From Desulfobacterales bacterium (GTDB lineage: Bacteria; Desulfobacterota; Desulfobacteria; Desulfobacterales; UBA2174), in the NCBI GenBank assembly GCA_963668645.2, contig CAXXWC010000021.1:1080873-1144872 (forward strand): a stretch of DNA of 64,000 nucleotides. Direction: 5' to 3'. Within the stretch, counting starts at the first letter, position 1. Each line of letters starts with the position of its first letter. This document shows, piece after piece, positions 58,233 through 64,000 of this stretch. The notes under the pieces are model-generated. The model ran no database searches. It saw nothing but the letters and a program-made list of their open reading frames with translations, and was not told the DNA's origin. Made by a program: the position numbers and the translations under genes.

Positions 58233-61232
58233 ATGAAAAAAAGATTCGCCCAAAATTTTTCAACTATCACCACTGATAAAGAGACAGTGGGACTCAATCA
58301 TAATGCGCAAAGTCCATCCCCTCCTCCATCCCCTGATCAAGCTGACCAGATCCCAATCTATAACAGTCGTTTGATTATGGTATGGTTAGAATATCTTGAG
58401 GAATCCTATCCTGATATAAACATAGACAATCTTCTGTACCAATCCGATATTACGCGATTGGAAGTCCAAGATCCCGGCGTGTGGTTTAATCAGAAACAAG
58501 TTGACAGTTTCGCCCTGGCAGCTGTCGATGCAACGAAGAATCCACAAATTGCACGGCTTGCAGGGCGGCATATCATTGTCTGCAAAAGTGTCCAACCAGT
58601 GCGACAACTAACAATAGGCCTTCTTAGCATGAGTACGGTTTATCTTCTAATCTCAAAATTATCTGAAGTGCTGAGTAGGGGCACAGAAGTGCGTACTCGC
58701 CGTTTAGGATCTAATAAGATCGAAATTATCAGCAGGCCAAAACCCGGATTTGGAGAAAAAGCTTACCAATGTGAAAATCGCATTGGCTGTTACGAATCAA
58801 TCGGTCGCCTTTTCACCGACTCATTTGCTCAAGTCGAACACCCTGAATGTCTTCACCGAGGTGGACGCTATTGCCGCTACACCGTTTCCTGGCAAAAAAT
58901 CCCTTGGATATTTTTTCAGCAAGTTCGCAACTGGATTAGCATAGCAGGAATTTTATCACTGATAATACTCATCCCGGTAATCACGGTAGACTTTTGGCTT
59001 GGAGCCGCTTTCTTTTGGTCAGCTTTAATCGGATCAATAGCTTATCTATCTGAAAGGGTACGCGCACAATACTACGTAAGCACACTTAAGGCACAAAGCG
59101 AACTGGCAAGTGACAACATAAATGCAATGGATGCTCGTTTCAATAACGCAATGATGGTGCAAGAAATTGGTCAAGCGACTGCAACGCTAAAGACCGAAAT
59201 TGAATTGGTAGAAGTAGCATCTGAAATCATGAAGGACAGATCAGAATACGACCGGGCTCTTATCATGCTAGCCGACAGTGAAGGCCAGTATCTAAGCTAT
59301 GCCGCCGGTTTTGGTTATGACGATGCAAGTCGCCATCAACTGATGAAAACATCTTTCCATTTAAACCGCCCAGATTCCAAAGGGATTTTTGTCCAAGCGT
59401 TCAGAGAAAAGCAACCGATTTTAGTACAAAACATGGATGAAATTGTTCACGGGTTTTCAGAACGCAGCAGGAACTTGGCAAAAGCTTTGGCCGGCAAATC
59501 AATCATCTGCGTACCCATCGCCTACGAAGAACAGGCCTTGGGAATCATTGCGATTGACAATAGTTGCAGTGAACGCCCGCTGACGCAAAGCGACGTAAGT
59601 CTCCTGATGGGGGTCGCCTGGCAATTGGCCGTCGGCATCATCAATACCCGCGCGTTCAAGCAGATCAAGGAAAGTGAAAAGAAATACCGTGACGTTGTGG
59701 AAAGCGCCAGCAGCATCATCATCAGAATCGATTCCGGAGGGGGGATCGTCTTTTCAAATCGTTTTGCCCAAAGACTTTTCGGACTCAGCCAGAAGGAGCT
59801 TTACGGGCGCAATATCGGAACCGTCCTGGAACCGGAAGGCGTAAAACCGTGGGACTGGCGCGCCACTTTGAACAGGATCATCGCCAATGGCAACCCGATT
59901 CCCCAAGTTGAAGAAACCGTCTATCGTCTTGCGGACGGACGACAGATTTGGATCGCGTGGACTTTTCAACCCATTTTCAGTGACAAAGGCATACTAAAGG
60001 AAGTTTTGTGCATCGGCAACGACGTCTCCCAGTTGATGCAGACCCAGGAAGAAAAAGCTGATCTCGAGATGCAACTGCTGCGCGCTCAAAAGATGGAGGC
60101 TCTAGGCACCCTGGCCGGGGGCGTCGCTCACGATCTGAATAATGTGCTGGCCGGCCTGATCAACTATCCAGAGCTGATGCTGATGCAAATGCCGTCGGAC
60201 AGCCCCTGGCGGCGGTATGTGGAAGGGATCAAAAAAAGCGGCGAAAAAGCCGCCGCGATTGTCCAGGATCTGCTCACCCTGGCCCGGCGTAACGTGGTCA
60301 ACAAAGACGTTGTCAATCTGAATACAATAGTGACCGAATACATAGAAAGCCCGGAATACGAACGCCTCAGACAGCACCACCCCGGCGCCAACATTGTTAC
60401 ACGCCTTGAAAAGGATCTGCAAGACATTCAAGGAGCACCGATCCATCTTTCGAAGGCCCTGATGAACCTGGTAACCAACGCGATAGAAGCTTTGGACGGA
60501 CGTCCCGGGCAGGTTGTGATCACCACCGAAAAACGGCGGCTTACCAGAGACTTGGTCGGGTATGAGTCGGTGCCTAGCGGCGATTACGTTGTCCTGTCGG
60601 TTTCGGATACGGGATGCGGCATCGCAGGGACGGATTTGCATCGCATTTTCGAGCCGTTCTTCACTAAAAAGCAGATGGGCCGCAGCGGCACGGGGTTGGG
60701 GATGGCTGTGGTCTGGGGCGCCATTAAAGATCATGACGGCCGTATTGACATCCATAGCGCCCCGGGCCGGGGAACCTGCTTTGAGATCTATTTTTTGCCG
60801 ACAACCCGCAAGTCCGTCGAAATGCCCCAATTATCCGTTCAAGCATACCGCGGACAGGGAGAAAAAATTCTGGTGGTGGACGACGTTCCCATCCAGTGTG
60901 AAATCGCTGAGGAAATCCTCTCCGGTCTCGGCTACGAGGTCGCCAGTGTCTCCAGCGGGGAAGCGGCGGTGGATTACGTTCGAGCCCATCCGGTGGATCT
61001 GATGGTCATCGACATGATTATGGGAGCGGGCATCGATGGACTGGAAACCTATCGCCGGATCATCGGCCACCGGCCGGGGCAACGGGCCATCATTACAAGC
61101 GGATACTCAGAAAATGAAAAAGTCCATCAGGCCATAGCTCTGGGCGCCGGTGCCTATGTCAAAAAGCCCTATACCATGGAGGGCCTGGGTGAAGCGGTGC
61201 GCAAGGAGTTGGACCGTGCGAAGAACCTTTAG
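58233..61232 (+). CDS. hybrid sensor histidine kinase (N-terminal unassigned domain, 2 TM, GAF, PAS, HisKA, HATPase_c, REC)
   Basis: H-box GGVAHDLNNVL, G-boxes DTGCGI and GTGLGMAVV, and a C-terminal receiver KILVVDD...DLMVIDMIMGAGIDG...KKP. Hydrophobic stretches lie at about aa 225-275. Confidence 0.9.
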   Translation: MKKRFAQNFSTITTDKETVGLNHNAQSPSPPPSPDQADQIPIYNSRLIMVWLEYLEESYPDINIDNLLYQSDITRLEVQDPGVWFNQKQVDSFALAAVDATKNPQIARLAGRHIIVCKSVQPVRQLTIGLLSMSTVYLLISKLSEVLSRGTEVRTRRLGSNKIEIISRPKPGFGEKAYQCENRIGCYESIGRLFTDSFAQVEHPECLHRGGRYCRYTVSWQKIPWIFFQQVRNWISIAGILSLIILIPVITVDFWLGAAFFWSALIGSIAYLSERVRAQYYVSTLKAQSELASDNINAMDARFNNAMMVQEIGQATATLKTEIELVEVASEIMKDRSEYDRALIMLADSEGQYLSYAAGFGYDDASRHQLMKTSFHLNRPDSKGIFVQAFREKQPILVQNMDEIVHGFSERSRNLAKALAGKSIICVPIAYEEQALGIIAIDNSCSERPLTQSDVSLLMGVAWQLAVGIINTRAFKQIKESEKKYRDVVESASSIIIRIDSGGGIVFSNRFAQRLFGLSQKELYGRNIGTVLEPEGVKPWDWRATLNRIIANGNPIPQVEETVYRLADGRQIWIAWTFQPIFSDKGILKEVLCIGNDVSQLMQTQEEKADLEMQLLRAQKMEALGTLAGGVAHDLNNVLAGLINYPELMLMQMPSDSPWRRYVEGIKKSGEKAAAIVQDLLTLARRNVVNKDVVNLNTIVTEYIESPEYERLRQHHPGANIVTRLEKDLQDIQGAPIHLSKALMNLVTNAIEALDGRPGQVVITTEKRRLTRDLVGYESVPSGDYVVLSVSDTGCGIAGTDLHRIFEPFFTKKQMGRSGTGLGMAVVWGAIKDHDGRIDIHSAPGRGTCFEIYFLPTTRKSVEMPQLSVQAYRGQGEKILVVDDVPIQCEIAEEILSGLGYEVASVSSGEAAVDYVRAHPVDLMVIDMIMGAGIDGLETYRRIIGHRPGQRAIITSGYSENEKVHQAIALGAGAYVKKPYTMEGLGEAVRKELDRAKNL

Positions 61233-61286
61233 AACAGTTGACCATCTGCCAACCCATAACGCCGTTCGAATCGGCCGCATCTGGGT

Positions 61287-63344
61287 ATGAATCCAGAATC
61301 TCATCACATTCCAACGAAAGACCTCCCCCCCTGTGGCGATTGCGGCGGCAGTGCGGTTTCCAACGCCCAGTTGATCAATACGCTCAACTTTCTCAACTTC
61401 ATGGACCGGCCTATGATCGTGCGGTTCCGGCACGCTACGCTCGATCGCTGGATCCGCTTGGAAGCGATTCCGGACCCCTGCCAGGACGAGGAGGCCAGTT
61501 GTCGCTGGACCCGGCAAACCACGCCCCTTAAAGTCCCCTCCCACTACCGGTTTCAGGACATCATCATCCCCGAAGGCCACAGCCTGATCATTGTCGTGCC
61601 CGAGGATCACCGCTGGGATTCACTGGGGGGTAACTTCCGCCTTCCCCGCGACGGAGTCCGGATCAACGCCCGTCGCACGCGGCGTTACCCGAGCAGCGGC
61701 GTCAAAGCCGAATTGATCCAAGACGGAATCCGTTTTGAAGGTCGCCTGATCGATTTTTCCTCCCTGTCCCTGAGAGTCGACCTGGAGCTCGGCTTGGCTC
61801 AATCTTTTTCCTGGATCTGCTCGGAAACCCCCTTGATGTTGATCCTCAGCGATGATCAGGGCACCGTGTTCGCAGGTAACTGCCGTCTGATCCGCGGATG
61901 CCGCGAAACGGCCAGTCTGCTGCTGGAGCCGCTCAGCAAGGAAACCCAGCGTTTCGCACGCAAGAGCCACCGCAGCGGGCGTGTCATCGTCACCCCCGCC
62001 CCCAATCTGATTTTCAATCACCCCTTGATCGGTCGACGCTTTGAGGTGTCCGTATTGGATTTGTCGGGGACCGGATTGAGCATCCAAACGCCCCTCGATC
62101 AGGATGTACTGCTGCCCGGACTGATCATCCGCCATGTACGTCTGGTCTTTTCAGGCGGCACGGCCTTAACATTCCGGGCACAGGTGATTTACAGCAATCG
62201 GATAAAATCCGACGGCCTTGAACTCATGCAATGCGGTTTGGCAATCCTCGATATTTCACCACGCGCCCACACCCAACTTCTCAGCATGCTGTACCAGGTC
62301 AAGGAGCCCAACGCGTATATCGACCATCCCCAAGACATGGAGGCCCTCTGGCGATTCTTTTTCGAAACCGGGTTCATCTATCCCAGCAAATACGTTTTTT
62401 TCCACAAGTTCAAGAAGTGCATCCAGGCAACTTACGAAAAACTGTATCGCCAGCACCCGGATATTGCGCGCCATTTCACCTACCAGCGGATGGGACGTGT
62501 TCTCGGCCATATGGCGATGCTCCGTTTTTATCGCCGCGCCTGGATGATTCAGCACCACGCCGCCAACACGCGCGAATCCCATCGCGCCGGGCTCATCGTC
62601 CTCGAACAGATCGGCCGCTTCATCAACGATTCGCACCGTCTCGGCCCGATCTGCATGGATTATGTTTTTTGCCTTTACCGCCCGGAAAACAAGTTTCCCA
62701 GCCGGGTTTTTGGCAGCGCCGCTAAATCCATCGCCGATCCGCAGATCTGTTCAACCGATACTTTCGCCTACCTGCACTTTACACCGCAGCCCCTTTCGCG
62801 CCTGAAGCCGGCAGGGCCGGGCTGGCGGCTGACGGCCTCCAGCGACGAGGATCTTGCCGAACTGGAGGCCGCCTACATAGCGCATTCGGGCAACGGCGGG
62901 CTCATCCGGGCCTTTGACCTGAAGCCTGGAAAGCAGGATATGAAGGATTTGAGCGGGGCGTATCAATCCATCGGCTTGATGCGCCAGCGCCTGCTCTACA
63001 CACTGCGCCGGGATGACTGTCCGGCAGCCGTTCTGATGTGCAACCGGTCTGACTTCGGCCTGAATATGTCAGACCTGACCAATTGCGTCCAAATCTTCGT
63101 GATCGATTCCCGGATCTTGACGCCGGACATCCTGCATCGGGCGATATCGCGGATCGCGGATTGGTACAACGGGCAGAAATTCCCGATTATGATCTATCCG
63201 GAAGAAGCGGCGAGCCGTTGCGCGATAAGTGCCGAAAAACGCTATACGGCCTGGGTGTTGGACCTGGATTACACCGATCGTTATTTCGACTATGTTTCAC
63301 GGTTGATCAATATCGCAGCCCACCGCAAAGCACGCAAGGAATGA
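61287..63344 (+). CDS. tandem PilZ-domain protein with an unassigned ~340-aa C-terminal region
   Basis: PilZ-1 is RRTRRY...LIDFSSLSL (degenerate). PilZ-2 is RKSHRSGR...VLDLSGTGLS (canonical RxxxR / DxSxxG). It lies 54 nt downstream of the kinase gene. Confidence 0.68.
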   Translation: MNPESHHIPTKDLPPCGDCGGSAVSNAQLINTLNFLNFMDRPMIVRFRHATLDRWIRLEAIPDPCQDEEASCRWTRQTTPLKVPSHYRFQDIIIPEGHSLIIVVPEDHRWDSLGGNFRLPRDGVRINARRTRRYPSSGVKAELIQDGIRFEGRLIDFSSLSLRVDLELGLAQSFSWICSETPLMLILSDDQGTVFAGNCRLIRGCRETASLLLEPLSKETQRFARKSHRSGRVIVTPAPNLIFNHPLIGRRFEVSVLDLSGTGLSIQTPLDQDVLLPGLIIRHVRLVFSGGTALTFRAQVIYSNRIKSDGLELMQCGLAILDISPRAHTQLLSMLYQVKEPNAYIDHPQDMEALWRFFFETGFIYPSKYVFFHKFKKCIQATYEKLYRQHPDIARHFTYQRMGRVLGHMAMLRFYRRAWMIQHHAANTRESHRAGLIVLEQIGRFINDSHRLGPICMDYVFCLYRPENKFPSRVFGSAAKSIADPQICSTDTFAYLHFTPQPLSRLKPAGPGWRLTASSDEDLAELEAAYIAHSGNGGLIRAFDLKPGKQDMKDLSGAYQSIGLMRQRLLYTLRRDDCPAAVLMCNRSDFGLNMSDLTNCVQIFVIDSRILTPDILHRAISRIADWYNGQKFPIMIYPEEAASRCAISAEKRYTAWVLDLDYTDRYFDYVSRLINIAAHRKARKE

Positions 63345-63419
63345 GCAAAACCAAGCCGGCGATTCTTTTCAAACCGTTCACCCCGTTGCAGCAATATCGA
63401 GGTGCAATCCTGCAGCGGA

Positions 63420-64000
63420 TCAAGACGGGCTTTTACGGCCGCGACACAAGATGAGCGGGGTGTAGGTAAAACGACGGGGATCTTTGAAGTATCGATCGAA
63501 ATCCTCAAAAAATCCCGCAACTCCCCCAGCATAATCCTTTTCGAACAGATACCCCGATCGGGCTGCCGCCACCCGCATCTTCTGTTCCCAGTTGAAACGG
63601 TCGACCTCATTCAACTCCCCGTAAATCAGATGATGGGCCCGCAGGTCCATCCGAATATCGACCATCCCCAAATCATAAAGATAAGCGTAAAGCTTCCGCC
63701 CGGCGTAGGGATCAAAATCCTCCCTGGCCTCCACCGCGGCCATCACACCGGTAAGGGCCCGGGCCAGGGCCGGCGGCAGCTCGTGATGGTTGAGACAATT
63801 GTGGTCCAGATCGATGAGGCACAAAACACCACCGGGGTTGAGCAGTGCATGGGCCTTTCGGACAATGGCGGCCGCTTCGGAACGAAAATATTCCAGAATA
63901 AATCGAATCCAGATAAAATCGAAGCCGCCCAGATCGCCCATGGGATCCAGAAAATCGCGGCAGGTGAAAGATAGCCCCGGACGGCCATATGTTTTGCGGG
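63420..64000 (-). CDS. class I SAM-dependent methyltransferase, C-terminal part (5' end beyond the window)
   Basis: The frame is open to nt 64000. FDFIWIRFILEYF...LLNPGGVLCLIDLD matches post-motif-I MTase segments. Confidence 0.68.
   Translation of the reverse strand, partial: RKTYGRPGLSFTCRDFLDPMGDLGGFDFIWIRFILEYFRSEAAAIVRKAHALLNPGGVLCLIDLDHNCLNHHELPPALARALTGVMAAVEAREDFDPYAGRKLYAYLYDLGMVDIRMDLRAHHLIYGELNEVDRFNWEQKMRVAAARSGYLFEKDYAGGVAGFFEDFDRYFKDPRRFTYTPLILCRGRKSPS

Overview
This is a 64-kb bacterial chromosome segment with about 46 protein-coding genes. I found no rRNA, tRNA or CRISPR array. GC is about 62-67 % in spot counts of 60-nt lines, with two lower-GC islands. Gene content points to a strictly anaerobic, Desulfobacterota-like organism (inference). 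From left to right: (1) the carB 3' end and rfbCD; (2) a BtuFCD/Fec-type ABC importer plus a methyltransferase; (3) a TunR-like regulator, a DUF364 protein and modABC, then a TonB-dependent receptor; (4) a roughly 20-kb lower-GC island, almost entirely on the minus strand (only the GntR gene at its left edge and the aminotransferase remnant at its right edge are on the plus strand), holding GntR, ACAD-EtfBA, TetR, VOC, IorAB, an FrhB-like flavo-FeS protein, two paralogous 2-hydroxyacid dehydrogenases, an ADP-forming acyl-CoA synthetase and a TAXI-TRAP transporter, and ending at a decayed IS1-family element and an aminotransferase pseudogene; (5) a two-gene [FeFe]-hydrogenase whose partner is a NuoF-tail::GltD fusion; (6) IclR and an operon encoding a PLP enzyme, a GMC flavoprotein and an extended aldehyde dehydrogenase; (7) a SWIM-SNF2 helicase and housekeeping or unknown genes; (8) a second low-GC island with a possible alpha/beta-hydrolase, an orphan B12-radical-SAM enzyme, a mosaic hybrid histidine kinase and a tandem-PilZ protein with an unassigned C-terminal half. 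The best candidates for something undescribed are the catabolic island with its embedded FrhB-like protein and shared palindromic operator, the GltD-linked hydrogenase, the GMC/small-subunit::ALDH arrangement, the TunR-DUF364-mod module, and the kinase/PilZ-X pair. All family assignments come from reading motifs in the supplied translations. No database search was run.
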